The translations under genes and the position numbers were made by a program. The notes under the pieces are model-generated. The model was not told the DNA's origin, did no database searches, and saw nothing but the letters and a program-made list of their open reading frames with translations. Positions 39,634 through 49,660 of a stretch of 64,000 nt of DNA are shown one piece after another. The stretch lies in contig OY970067.1 of the NCBI GenBank assembly GCA_963705305.1, positions 1,728,001 through 1,792,000 of the forward strand. The letters are read 5' to 3'. Within the stretch, counting starts at the first letter, position 1; the number at the start of each line of letters is the position of its first letter. This DNA comes from an uncultured Methylomirabilota bacterium. Its GTDB lineage: Bacteria > Methylomirabilota > Methylomirabilia > Methylomirabilales > 2-02-FULL-66-22.

Positions 39634-40002
39634 TCCGATTCTCCTTTACGAGAGAAAGCCGTGTTTGGATCATCGGAGCGCGTCCCTGGTGTTCCGTGTA
39701 TTGGTTGCGTTCACCTCCTTTCCCATCCTGCCCGCAAGTGCCTCACGTCCCGGCCGCACCGTCGGCGTCCCGCGCCGCGGCCTCAAAAAACACACGGCGG
39801 CCTGCTCGAGGTGCCGTCACCTCAGGCGGGCCGCCGTGTTTCTTTCGCACGAACCGCCGTGCAAGCCGCCATCAGTCTCCTACTGCGGCGATCGCCGGCA
39901 AGGTCCCTTAACGTATGCACGCTATCAATGATACAAGAGCAAAGTCAAGCTGAAATCTTCCGGGTTGCCCCCGTGCGACGCAGGCCTCTCCCGGGCCTTG
40001 GA

Positions 40003-42114
40003 TCACCGCTTCTTCAGGATGACCCGGGCGTCCACGACCTTGCAGCCGTTGCCCTTGGCATAGACGAGCACCGGGTTCGCGTCCGTCTCGGCGATCTCGT
40101 CCTCCAGGTCGCTCACCAGCTGGCTCAGGCGGCTGAGGACCGTCGCGACGGCCTCCTGGTCCCGCCGCTTCTCGCCCCGGGCGCCCTCGAGCAGGGGGAA
40201 GCTCCGGATCTCGGCCTGCATCAGCATCCCGCATTCCTGGGAGATCGGCGCCACGCGGAAGGTGACGTCCTTCAGCACCTCCACGAAGATGCCCCCCAGT
40301 CCGAACATGACCGTCGGCCCGAAGGTCGGATCGCAGACCGTGCCGCAGATGACCTCCGTTCCGGCCGGCGCCATCTCGGAGACCAGGATGCCGTGGATAT
40401 CGGCGTCCGCCTTGTACTTTCGGGCGTTCTCCAGGATGGTCCGGTAGGCCGCCCGCACGCCCTCGGCATCCTTGATGTTCACCTTCACCCCGCCGGCGTC
40501 GCTCTTGTGCAGGATGTCCGGCGAGACGATCTTCAGGACCACGGGATAGCCGCACCGGCCGGCGATGGCCACGGCTTCCTCTTCGGTCTTGGCCAGCGCG
40601 GCGCGGGTGACGGGCAGGCCGTAGGCGGCAAAGACCTCCTTGGCCTCGGGCTCGGTGAGGGCGGTGCGCCCGCTCTGGCGGGCATTGGCGATGACGGCCT
40701 GGGCCCGCCGCTTGTCCACGTCCGTGTACGGCTCGAAATCGATCTTGCAGCCCTCTTCCGCGTACTTGGCGGCTTGGCGCAGGGTCGCCAGGGCCGCCAT
40801 GGCCTTGTTGGGGCAGTCGAAATACGGGATGGAGGCCTCCAGCAGCCGCTTCCCGGCCTCCACGCTGCCCGCCCCTCCCACGAAGCAGGCCACGATGGGC
40901 TTGTCGCTGACCCCCGACTCCCGCAGCTTCCGGATCACCGTCTCGGCGATGTCGAGGCCCTTGGTCACGGCCGTCTCGCAGTAGAAGACCCCGATCCCGT
41001 GCACCCAGGGCGCCTTCAGGGCGATCTCCAGGGCCCCCTCGTACCCGGCCACGCCGGATCCCCCGGTGATGTCCACCGGGTTCTTCGGGCTCCCGTAGTC
41101 CGGCATGAATTTCCGGAATTCGGCCTGCAGCTCGGGGGGCGCCGTGTGCAGGGGAATGCCCTGCCGCTCGGCCGCATCCGAGCCCAGCACGCCGATCCCG
41201 CCGCCGTTGGTGATGATGACGACATTGTCCCCGCGGAGCAGCGGCTGCATGGACAGCGCCTGGCTGCGGTTCAACAGATCGTCCAGATCGCTGGCCCAGA
41301 TCATGCGGACCTGCTTGCAGGCGGCCTCGTAGATCTTGGCCGAGCCGGCCAGCGAGCCGGTGTGGGACGCGGCGGCGGCGGCCCCGTGGGCTGACACCCC
41401 GGCCTTGAGGGCCACGATGGGCTTGCCCGCCCAGCGGCCGGCCTGCAGGAAATTGCGGCCGCTCCGCACCCCTTCGATGTAGAGGGCGATGCAGTTGGTG
41501 TTTGGATCCTGGGCGTAGTACTCGATGCAGTCCGCGAAATCCACGTCCGCCATGTTCCCCAGCGAGATCATGGAGGAGATGCCGAACCGGCGGACGTGCG
41601 TGACCGTATCCAGGGCGATGATGAGGGCCCCCGACTGGGAGATGAGTGCGGTCTGGCCGGGATAGGGCAGCATGGGGGCAAAGCTGGCGTTGGCCCGGCC
41701 GGGATTGCTCATGATGCCCACGATGTTGGGGCCGATGACCCGGCCGCCGGACTCGCGGGCGATCCGGACGAGCTCCCACTCCTCGGCGTGCTTGCCGATC
41801 TCGCCGAAGCCGCTGGTGATGACGATGTGCCCCTTGACTCCCTTCTTGGCGCACTGGCGGGCCGCCTCCAGGCACTTGTCGGCGGGGATGCAGTAGACGG
41901 CGGCATCCACCGGGCCCGGGACATCCAGAACGGACGGATACGCCTTCAGGCCGAGGATCTCGTCCGATCCCGGGTTGATCGGATAGATGGGTCCGGGGAA
42001 TCCCCCCTCGATCAGGTTCTTGGTAACCTGGTTCCCGATGGTTCCATCCCGGCGAGAGGCGCCGATAATGGCGACCGAACTGGGGTTGAAGACGGGATCG
42101 AGTTCTGGCGGCAT
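40003..42114 (-). CDS. Acetate/acyl-CoA ligase (ADP-forming), fused alpha-beta
   Basis: SVAIIGAS, IGPN, SQSGA, ASHTGSLAG phospho-His, C-terminal ATP-grasp (HKSDAGGV). Confidence 0.93.
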   Translation of the reverse strand: MPPELDPVFNPSSVAIIGASRRDGTIGNQVTKNLIEGGFPGPIYPINPGSDEILGLKAYPSVLDVPGPVDAAVYCIPADKCLEAARQCAKKGVKGHIVITSGFGEIGKHAEEWELVRIARESGGRVIGPNIVGIMSNPGRANASFAPMLPYPGQTALISQSGALIIALDTVTHVRRFGISSMISLGNMADVDFADCIEYYAQDPNTNCIALYIEGVRSGRNFLQAGRWAGKPIVALKAGVSAHGAAAAASHTGSLAGSAKIYEAACKQVRMIWASDLDDLLNRSQALSMQPLLRGDNVVIITNGGGIGVLGSDAAERQGIPLHTAPPELQAEFRKFMPDYGSPKNPVDITGGSGVAGYEGALEIALKAPWVHGIGVFYCETAVTKGLDIAETVIRKLRESGVSDKPIVACFVGGAGSVEAGKRLLEASIPYFDCPNKAMAALATLRQAAKYAEEGCKIDFEPYTDVDKRRAQAVIANARQSGRTALTEPEAKEVFAAYGLPVTRAALAKTEEEAVAIAGRCGYPVVLKIVSPDILHKSDAGGVKVNIKDAEGVRAAYRTILENARKYKADADIHGILVSEMAPAGTEVICGTVCDPTFGPTVMFGLGGIFVEVLKDVTFRVAPISQECGMLMQAEIRSFPLLEGARGEKRRDQEAVATVLSRLSQLVSDLEDEIAETDANPVLVYAKGNGCKVVDARVILKKR

Positions 42115-42543
42115 GTGAAACCTCCTCAAACACGTGTCGTAGGGAACAGCGTCATGCCGCACTCCTCTGCTTCCCCTCCAGGTGAGCAACCTTCCGCTCG
42201 CAGGCGAACGCGGCAGGGGCATCCAGTCGTGGCCCCTCTCTTTGCAAAGCGATCTTTCCAGCTGCGAAGAGCGCCCTGGGAGAATATACCTCGCAGGTAC
42301 CCTTCTCGCGGCCGATCTCCTCCTCCTTCTTTCAAAGGAATCAGTCCAGCCTCTGCCTACACGCTAGAGGCGACTGGCCCGGAAATCAATGAAATGCGGG
42401 ACATTGGCTGGAATAGCGAACCTTGGTTCGGACACCAAGGCGGTGGGAATTCCGGACGATCCGGCAGGAGGGGAACGCCTTCAACCGCCCTCGAGGAAGG
42501 CGTTCCCCCCGGGGCGAAGGGCTTCGAAGCCCTGAACCCCGGG

Positions 42544-43878
42544 TCAGAGACCCATGGTCTTCTCCTCTTCCGTCAGGCACCGATCGAGGATGCGGACGGC
42601 CTCGTCGATGTCCGGCCGGGTGATGACCAGCGGCGGCGCGAACTCCAGCGCGCTGTTCATGTGCTTGATGATGAGCCCTCGCTCCTTGGCGCGATCCACG
42701 ATGCGCTGCAAGCGCTCGGCCGGAAAGGGCGCGCGGATCGCCCGGTCCGCCGTCAAATCCAAGGCCGTCCAGAGACCCGTGCCCCGGACCTCGCCGACCG
42801 TGGGATGGTGCAGGAGCGTCCGCAGGCCGTCCAGGAAGTACTCCCCCATGACCCGCGCGTTTTCCACCAAGTTCTCCCGCTGCATGATCTCGATGTTCTT
42901 GAGGCCGGCGGCGCAGGCCACGGGGTGATTCATGTAGGTCTGGAGATTGACGAAATTCTCCACGGGGGCCACCACCGCATCCGTGGCCCCCACGGCCCCC
43001 AGCGGCACATACCCGCTGGAGATCCCCTTGGCCATGAGCACGAGGTCAGGCTGGACCTCGAAGTGCTCGATGCCGAACCACCGGCCGGTGCGGCCGAAGC
43101 CGCAGATGACCTCGTCCACGATGAGGAGGATCCCGTAGCGGTCGCAGATCTCACGGATGATGGGCCAGTATTCCCGGGGCGGGCGACAGGCTCCGAACAG
43201 CTGCTGGATGGGCTCTCCGATGAAGGCCATGACCTGGGCGGGATCCTCGAACTGGACCAGGCGCTCCACATCGCGCGCGCAGGCGATGTCGCAGGAGGGA
43301 TAGCTGAGGTGGATCGGACAGCGGTAGCAGTAGGGAGACTCGGCGAAGATCGTGCCCGGCGCGTGGGGCTCCATTATCTGGCGCGCGGGCAGGACGCTGC
43401 CCAGGACCCGCATGGCTCCCCCCGTGATGCCGTGGAAGGCGCCGCGCCGCGTGACGACCTTGAACCGCCACCGCTCCCCCCGGTAGGCATGGTAGTGGCG
43501 GGCCAGCTTTAGCGCCGACTCCACTGCCTCGGATCCGTCGCAGACGAACAGGAACTGGTTGATGGCCCCCGGCGCCAGGCCGGCCAGGACGGCGGCCAGC
43601 TCGATGGCCCGAGGATTGGCGTACTGCATGGGGGTGAAGTAATGGAGCGCCAGCAGCTGGTCGTAAACCGCCTGCGCCATCTCCTTCCGCCCGTAGCCGA
43701 TGTGGACCGGCCGGGTCCAGCCCGAGACCAGGTCCAGGTAGGCCTTGCCGCTCTGGTCGAAGATCCGCACCCCCTCCGCCCGGGTGATGATGCTGATCCC
43801 CTGCTCGAGATCGGCCCTCGACGTTCGGGGGTAGATGACGTGCGACTGGCTGCAGCCCGTGACGGTGGAATCCGGCAT
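42544..43878 (-). CDS. Class III PLP aminotransferase
   Basis: GSEAVE, DEVICGFGRTG, MAKGISSGY. Confidence 0.93.
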   Translation of the reverse strand: MPDSTVTGCSQSHVIYPRTSRADLEQGISIITRAEGVRIFDQSGKAYLDLVSGWTRPVHIGYGRKEMAQAVYDQLLALHYFTPMQYANPRAIELAAVLAGLAPGAINQFLFVCDGSEAVESALKLARHYHAYRGERWRFKVVTRRGAFHGITGGAMRVLGSVLPARQIMEPHAPGTIFAESPYCYRCPIHLSYPSCDIACARDVERLVQFEDPAQVMAFIGEPIQQLFGACRPPREYWPIIREICDRYGILLIVDEVICGFGRTGRWFGIEHFEVQPDLVLMAKGISSGYVPLGAVGATDAVVAPVENFVNLQTYMNHPVACAAGLKNIEIMQRENLVENARVMGEYFLDGLRTLLHHPTVGEVRGTGLWTALDLTADRAIRAPFPAERLQRIVDRAKERGLIIKHMNSALEFAPPLVITRPDIDEAVRILDRCLTEEEKTMGL

Positions 43879-44060
43879 GACGCTCGCTCCTTTCCCACGG
43901 GATAAACTCGCCCGGCCCGGCCATCCCGCCGACCCTACCTCCAGCCACGGCCAGGTGTCAAGGCCGGGGAGCCCCGGGCCGCGCCGGAGTCCGGTTCTGC
44001 CCGGCCGCCAGGTATGGTAGACTTCCGCCAACCCTGGGTGGCTTCGGGGCGCTGGCCCGG

Positions 44061-45035
44061 ATGTCCGCCGATGGCCACGCCGTCACGAGCCAGGAGGTTG
44101 GCATGCACCTCGAGGCCGGTTCTCCGCCGCTCCATGTGGCCGTCACCGGATCGCACGGTCTCGTCGGCTCGGCCCTCGTTTCCCTCCTGACCACCCGAGG
44201 ACATCGCGTGACGCGACTGGTGCGCGGCGCGCCCCGGACAGCGGACGAGGCGGCCTGGGATCCCGTCCGGGGACTGCCCGATCCCTCCCGTCTGGACGGG
44301 GTGGACGCCGTCGTGCACCTGGCCGGCGAGAACATCGCCGCCGGCCGCTGGACGCCGGCGCGCAAGGAGGCCATCCGCCAGAGCCGCGTCCAGGGCACGC
44401 GGCGGCTGGCCGAGGATCTGGCGCGGCTGCCCCGACCTCCGCGCGTGCTGGTGAGCGCCTCGGCCGTCGGGTATTACGGGGACCGGGGCGACGAGGTGCT
44501 CCGGGAGGACAGCCCGGCGGGGGGTGGGTTTCTGGCCGACGTGTGTCGGGAGTGGGAGGCGGCGACGGAATCCGCCAGCCAGGTCGGCAGCCGGGTCGTC
44601 CACCTGCGCTTCGGCATGATCCTGAGCCCGGCGGGGGGCGCGCTGGCCAAGATGCTGCCCGTATTCCGGCTGGGACTGGGGGGTCGGATCGGCAGCGGGC
44701 GGCAGTTCGTCAGCTGGGTCGCCCTGGACGATGTCCTGGGCGTGATCCTCCACGCCATGGTGGCCGAGCGGGCGCGCGGCCCCCTTAACGTGGTGGCCCC
44801 CGCTCCCGTGACGAACGCCGACTTCACACGCACTCTGTCTCGCGTCCTGTCCCGGCCTGCCATCCTCCCCCTCCCCGCCCTGGCGGCGCGGCTGGCGCTG
44901 GGGGAGATGGCCGACGCCCTCCTCCTCGCCAGTGTCCGGGTGGTGCCCGCGCGACTCGTGGAGTCGGGATACAGCCACCGCTACCCGGACCTGGAGGCGG
45001 CCCTGCGCCACCTCTTGGGTTGCCAGGCAGCCTGA
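44061..45035 (+). CDS. TIGR01777 family NAD-dependent epimerase/oxidoreductase
   Basis: VTGSHGLVG, VHLAGENI, SASAVGYYG, GSGRQFVSWV; start uncertain. Confidence 0.92.
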   Translation: MSADGHAVTSQEVGMHLEAGSPPLHVAVTGSHGLVGSALVSLLTTRGHRVTRLVRGAPRTADEAAWDPVRGLPDPSRLDGVDAVVHLAGENIAAGRWTPARKEAIRQSRVQGTRRLAEDLARLPRPPRVLVSASAVGYYGDRGDEVLREDSPAGGGFLADVCREWEAATESASQVGSRVVHLRFGMILSPAGGALAKMLPVFRLGLGGRIGSGRQFVSWVALDDVLGVILHAMVAERARGPLNVVAPAPVTNADFTRTLSRVLSRPAILPLPALAARLALGEMADALLLASVRVVPARLVESGYSHRYPDLEAALRHLLGCQAA

Positions 45036-45072
45036 CCGAGGAGGCCGGACGCGCCCGCGGCACGGAGCCAGG

Positions 45073-45273
45073 ATGACGCCGATTCCTCCCGTGCGTCCCG
45101 TGTTCGGCAAGGTGCGCGTCATGTCCCTGGCCGGCATGCAGACCAAAACCGATGTCCGCGGCTACCTCGAGCGCGTCAACCGCTGGTGCCGGGAGGCGGG
45201 ACGACCGGATCTCGCCGTCACGGCCCCGGCCACACTCCCACGCACGAAAGGAGCGACCCATGCCACGCGTTGA
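45073..45273 (+). CDS. Small hypothetical protein (66 aa)
   Basis: GGAG RBS before ATG 45073; stop overlaps the next gene. Confidence 0.4.
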   Translation: MTPIPPVRPVFGKVRVMSLAGMQTKTDVRGYLERVNRWCREAGRPDLAVTAPATLPRTKGATHATR

Positions 45274-45607
45274 TTGGAGCTACCATCGCCCCGGCTGAAA
45301 GACCTGTGCCAAGACGCAGGGGTTCCTTGCGCAGCATAACATTGACACCGCCATCCAGGTGGACGCCCGGAAGAACACGCTGCAGGAGAAGGAGGCTCTG
45401 GCCCTCCTCCGCGATGCGGACGAGATCTACGCCAGCAAGGGGAAGCAGGTGGTGCACGTGGACCTCAGGAAGGAGAAGCCGGACAGGAGCACGTTGCTCG
45501 GCCTCCTCCTCGGCCCCACGGGCAACCTGCGCGCCCCCACGCTGCGCAAGGGGCGGACGCTTATCGTGGGCTTCGACGAGGCGACCTACGCCGCGCTGCT
45601 CCGGTAG
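45260..45607 (+). CDS. ArsC/thioredoxin-fold selenoprotein (Sec at TGA 45296-45298)
   Basis: AAGGAG RBS; MPRVDWSYHRPG-U-KTC; C-terminal GPTGNLRAPT...LIVGF; hairpin right after TGA. Confidence 0.85.
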
Positions 45608-45656
45608 CGGACGAGGCCGAGACCATCCGCGGGGATGCCGGAGGAGTGATCGCTCC

Positions 45657-46640
45657 ATGCCAGCTGCAGCCAGCTCGCAGCCGAAGACCTTGGGGAAAGC
45701 CATTCGTGTCGGGATCAGTAGCTGCCTCCTGGGCGACGAGGTCCGGTTCGACGGCGGCCACAAGCGGGACCGGTACCTCACCGACACCCTGGGCCAGTTC
45801 TTCGAATGGGTGCCCGTCTGCCCCGAGGTGGAGATGGGGCTGGGGACGCCGCGGGAGACCCTGCGGCTTACCGGGACCCCCGCGGCGCCCCGCCTGGTCT
45901 TCGGCAAGAGCGGCGGGGACCAGACCGAGGCCATGCAGGCCTGGGCCCGGCCTCGACTGGACGCGCTGGCCCGGGCGGACCTGTGCGGCTACATCCTGAA
46001 GAGTGACTCGCCCAGCTGCGGCATGGAGCGGGTGCGGGTGTACGGCTCGAGCGGGATCCCCGCCAAGACCGGCGTGGGGATCTACGCCCGGGCCCTGCTG
46101 GACCGCTTCCCCCTCCTGCCGGTGGAGGAGGAGGGGCGCCTGCACGACCTGTCCCTGCGGGAGAACTTCGTGGAGCGGGTCTTCTGCTACCGCCGCTGGA
46201 AGGACGCGACGGCCGGCCGCCTGACCCGGGGAACGCTGGTGGAATTCCACACCCTGCAGAAGCTGCTGCTCTTGGCCCACAGCCCCAGGCACTATACGGA
46301 AATGGGACGCCTGGTGGCGGACGCCAAGCGGCTCTCCCCGGCAGCGCTCGAGGCCCGCTACGGCGCGCTCTTCATGGCCGCTTTGAAGGTCAAGGCCACC
46401 ACCAAGAAGCACAGCAACGTCCTCCAGCACATGCTGGGCTACCTGAAGCGGGACCTCAACCCCCGCGACAAGGCGGAGCTCTTGTCCGTCATGGCGGACT
46501 ACGCCAACGGGCTGGTCCCCCTCATCGTCCCGCTCACCCTCCTCAAGCACCACCTCCAGCGGATGGGCGTCCCGTACATCCTGGACCAGGTCTACCTCAA
46601 CCCCCATCCCAAGGAACTCATGCTCCGGAACCACGTCTGA
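45657..46640 (+). CDS. DUF523 (2-thiouracil desulfurase-like) plus DUF1722 protein, YbgA family
   Basis: GISSCLLG..VRFDGGHK, CPEV, KSDSPSCG, EEEGRL, YLNPHPKELMLRNH. Confidence 0.92.
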   Translation: MPAAASSQPKTLGKAIRVGISSCLLGDEVRFDGGHKRDRYLTDTLGQFFEWVPVCPEVEMGLGTPRETLRLTGTPAAPRLVFGKSGGDQTEAMQAWARPRLDALARADLCGYILKSDSPSCGMERVRVYGSSGIPAKTGVGIYARALLDRFPLLPVEEEGRLHDLSLRENFVERVFCYRRWKDATAGRLTRGTLVEFHTLQKLLLLAHSPRHYTEMGRLVADAKRLSPAALEARYGALFMAALKVKATTKKHSNVLQHMLGYLKRDLNPRDKAELLSVMADYANGLVPLIVPLTLLKHHLQRMGVPYILDQVYLNPHPKELMLRNHV

Positions 46641-46786
46641 CCAGGGCCCAGGTCCTGCCCCGTTTCCCGGACAGGCGGCACCTGGCGTCGAGAATTCGTT
46701 TGCCGGAAGCGGATCGCGGCCGTAGTCTTGGCCGGCGCCGGGAGGCCGATGCGCGCTCGTTAGGCGTCCCCCTGGATCGAGGACAC

Positions 46787-47959
46787 ATGACCGGACTTCC
46801 TTTTGCGCTGCCTCCCCTGCTGCTGCTCACGGGGATCTTCTACCTGAACTTCGTCTCGCGGGTCGCCCTGGTCCCGCTGCTGCCCATCGTGGAGCCGGAG
46901 CTGGGCCTGGGGCATGGAGCGGCCGGCACGCTGTTCCTGCTCCAGCAGATCGGCTATGCCCTGGGGTTGCTGGTCTCGGGACTCGTCTCTTCCAGGCTCA
47001 CCCCTCGCCGGACCATCACTCTCTCCTCCATTGCCGTGGGGGTGGCCATGCTGGCCATCTCGCGATTGTCCACCGTTGCCGGCATGCATGTGGGGCTCGT
47101 CTGCCTCGGCACCGCCGCCGGCCTGTACCTGCCGTCCGGCCTTGCCACCATTACCGAGCTGGTCGCCTCCGCCCACTGGGGGAAGGCGGTGGCCATCCAC
47201 GAGTTCGCGCCGAACCTCGGCTACATCACGGCCCCGCTGCTGGCCGAGGTGGTGCTCCTCTGGCTTCCCTGGCGAGGCATCCTGGCGGTGCTGGGCGTGG
47301 CGGCCGCTCTCCTCGGGGGCCTCTACCCCGCGCTCGGGCGGGGCGGCGCCCAGGCGAGCGACCCGCCCCGCCTGGCCGGGACACTCCGGCTGCTCAACGA
47401 TCCCCTCCTCTGGATCATGGCAGCGTTGTTCGCGGTCGCCATCGGCGCCGGCCTGGGCCTGTACACCATGATGCCCCTGTTCCTGGTGAGCGAGATGGGC
47501 ATGGAGCGGAGCTGGGCCAATACCCTCACCGGTCTGGCCCGGATCTCCGGCCTGGCCCTCGTCTTCCTGGCCGGCTGGCTGACCGACCGCCTGGGGCAGC
47601 GGCGGGCCCTGGTCGGGTTTCAGATCACCACCGGGGCGCTGACCCTCCTCCTGGGTCTGCTTCGCGGACCGGTCGCCACCCCGCTCCTGGTCTTTCTCCA
47701 GGCGGCGGCGGTCGTCTGTTTCTTCCCGGCGGGCTTTTCCCTGGTCTCGCTCAGCTTCCCGCCGCAGCTCCGCAGCCTGGCGATCTCGCTGGTGACGGTC
47801 ATCGGCTCGCTTCTGGGCGCGGGGGCCGTCCCCTCCGCCGTCGGGTATCTCGCCGAGGCTTCCTCCTTCTCGCTGGCCTTCGCGCTGATGGGCGTCCTGA
47901 CATTGGCCTCCGCCTTCATGCTGCGGCTCGGCTCGGTGCGCGCGTCGGCGAAGACCTGA
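46787..47959 (+). CDS. MFS transporter
   Basis: GWLTDRLG; many TM segments; GAGGA RBS. Confidence 0.88.
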   Translation: MTGLPFALPPLLLLTGIFYLNFVSRVALVPLLPIVEPELGLGHGAAGTLFLLQQIGYALGLLVSGLVSSRLTPRRTITLSSIAVGVAMLAISRLSTVAGMHVGLVCLGTAAGLYLPSGLATITELVASAHWGKAVAIHEFAPNLGYITAPLLAEVVLLWLPWRGILAVLGVAAALLGGLYPALGRGGAQASDPPRLAGTLRLLNDPLLWIMAALFAVAIGAGLGLYTMMPLFLVSEMGMERSWANTLTGLARISGLALVFLAGWLTDRLGQRRALVGFQITTGALTLLLGLLRGPVATPLLVFLQAAAVVCFFPAGFSLVSLSFPPQLRSLAISLVTVIGSLLGAGAVPSAVGYLAEASSFSLAFALMGVLTLASAFMLRLGSVRASAKT

Positions 47960-48088
47960 TCCCGTGGGGGATGTCGGGAGACGGAAGGAGGCGGCGCGCG
48001 GACTCCGCCGGGGTGTAAGAACACACGGCCCCTCTCCGGATTGCGGGCGAATTCTGTCCGCGTCCGGAGAGGGGCTCGTGAATGGGGG

Positions 48089-49423
48089 CTAGCGGCCGGC
48101 GGCGAGGGCCTTGACGGTGTCCTCCGCGGCCTGGAGCACGCGGTCGATGTCCGCCGCCGTATGGGCCGCGGAGAAGCCGTGATGCATGGGCTTGCCGCCC
48201 GCGTCGCAGAAGAACACTCCCCGCCGGATCATCCCGGCGAAGAAGCGCACGCCCAGCTCCGCGTCATGCTTGGCGGTATCCCGGTAGTCCCGCACCTCCT
48301 CCCTGAAGCCGAAGTACAGCCCGAACCGCGCCCCCAGCCCCTGGCAGCGCGCGGGAAAGCCCTGGCGCGCGAAGATGTCGTTCAGGCCGGGATACAGCCG
48401 ATCGGCCAGGGCGAAGATGTGGTCGTAAAAGCCGGGTGTGCGGATCTCACGCAGGCACGTCTCGGCCGCCTTGATGGGGATCAGGTGCGCGTTGTACGTC
48501 CCCCCGTGCTCCGCGTTCCCCAGCGGTCGCAGGTGCTCCATGATCTCGCGGCGGCCGCCGAACACGGAGAGGGGCGTCCCGGCGGCGATGGACTTGCCGA
48601 TGGTGCAGAGATCCGGGACCACGCCGAAGTAGGCCTGCGCGCAGCCCGTCCCGGTCCGGAAGGCCGAGAGGATCTCGTCGAAGATCAGGACCACGCCATA
48701 TTCGCGGGTCAGCTCGCGCAGCCCCTGGATATACTCCTTGGGGGGGACGATGCAACCCGCGTTGTAGTGGATCGGCTCCAGGATCACCGCCGCAATCTCG
48801 CGCCCGTGCAGCCAGAGGGCCCGGCGCACCGCCTCCAGGTCGTTGCCGGGCAGGAGGATCACGTAGTCGGCGATGCCGGCCGGGACGCCGCCGGAGCGGA
48901 CGCTATGCCGGGGCGCGCCCGCAATCTCGTCTCCGCCGCCGAAGCCCCCATAGTTCCACATCACATAATCGTGGTAGCCGTGGAAGTGGCCGTCGAACTT
49001 GATGAGCTTCTCTCGCCCGGTGTACTCGCGGGCCAGGCGCAAGGCGTGCATGGTCGCCTCGGTGCCCGAGCAGGTGAATCGGACCATGTCCACGCACGGC
49101 ACCATCTCGGCCAGGGCCGCCGCCACCCGGGCCTGGGCCGGGGTCTCGCTGGAGCACACGATCCCGCACTCCAGGGCCTCCTGGACGGCCGCCTTGATGC
49201 CGGGATGATTATGCCCCAGGATCGTGGCCCCGTGGGAGGTCAGGAGGTCCACGTACTCCCGCCCCTCCACGTCATAGAGGTAGGCCCCCTCGCCCCGGGC
49301 GATGAAGAGTGGCCGCCCCAACGCCTTGCTGAAGCGGATGGAGGAGGAGACGCCGCCCGGCAGGACCTGTCGGGCGGCCTGGTACAGGGCGTCTTGCGTC
49401 GGGGTGATGGCTGGCTCAGGCAT
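48089..49423 (-). CDS. Glutamate-1-semialdehyde aminomutase-like class III aminotransferase
   Basis: LPGGVSS, SGTEATM, FDGHFHG, FDEILSAFR, IGKS, GGTYN. Confidence 0.88.
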   Translation of the reverse strand: MPEPAITPTQDALYQAARQVLPGGVSSSIRFSKALGRPLFIARGEGAYLYDVEGREYVDLLTSHGATILGHNHPGIKAAVQEALECGIVCSSETPAQARVAAALAEMVPCVDMVRFTCSGTEATMHALRLAREYTGREKLIKFDGHFHGYHDYVMWNYGGFGGGDEIAGAPRHSVRSGGVPAGIADYVILLPGNDLEAVRRALWLHGREIAAVILEPIHYNAGCIVPPKEYIQGLRELTREYGVVLIFDEILSAFRTGTGCAQAYFGVVPDLCTIGKSIAAGTPLSVFGGRREIMEHLRPLGNAEHGGTYNAHLIPIKAAETCLREIRTPGFYDHIFALADRLYPGLNDIFARQGFPARCQGLGARFGLYFGFREEVRDYRDTAKHDAELGVRFFAGMIRRGVFFCDAGGKPMHHGFSAAHTAADIDRVLQAAEDTVKALAAGR

Positions 49424-49479
49424 GACGACCTCCTTGCCGCGCGGTAGGCGCGCCGTACCCTGCAGGCGAGCGGCGACGC

Positions 49480-49638
49480 CGTGGGGGCCAGGAGGAACTC
49501 CAGCTCCTGCTCCAGCCGCTCGAAGTGGGCCTGAATGGCCCGGTGTGCATCTGCGACCTCGCGCGCGGCCAGGGCCTTGAACATGGCCCGATGCCGGCGC
49601 GCCGCCGCCTGGAGATTCGTGTTGGCCCGGTCCCTCAA
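49480..49638 (-). pseudogene. GntR/FadR FCD-domain C-terminal remnant
   Basis: AARRHRAMFKALAAREVADAHRAIQAHF matches the end of an FCD domain; no HTH part upstream. Confidence 0.55.
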
Positions 49639-49660
49639 AGCCGGGAAGGCTCGGCGGCGA

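Noticed and set aside
42230..42246. sigma54-like TGGC...TTGC
   Set aside because: Spacing is off by one base and it is on the wrong strand for the adjacent gene
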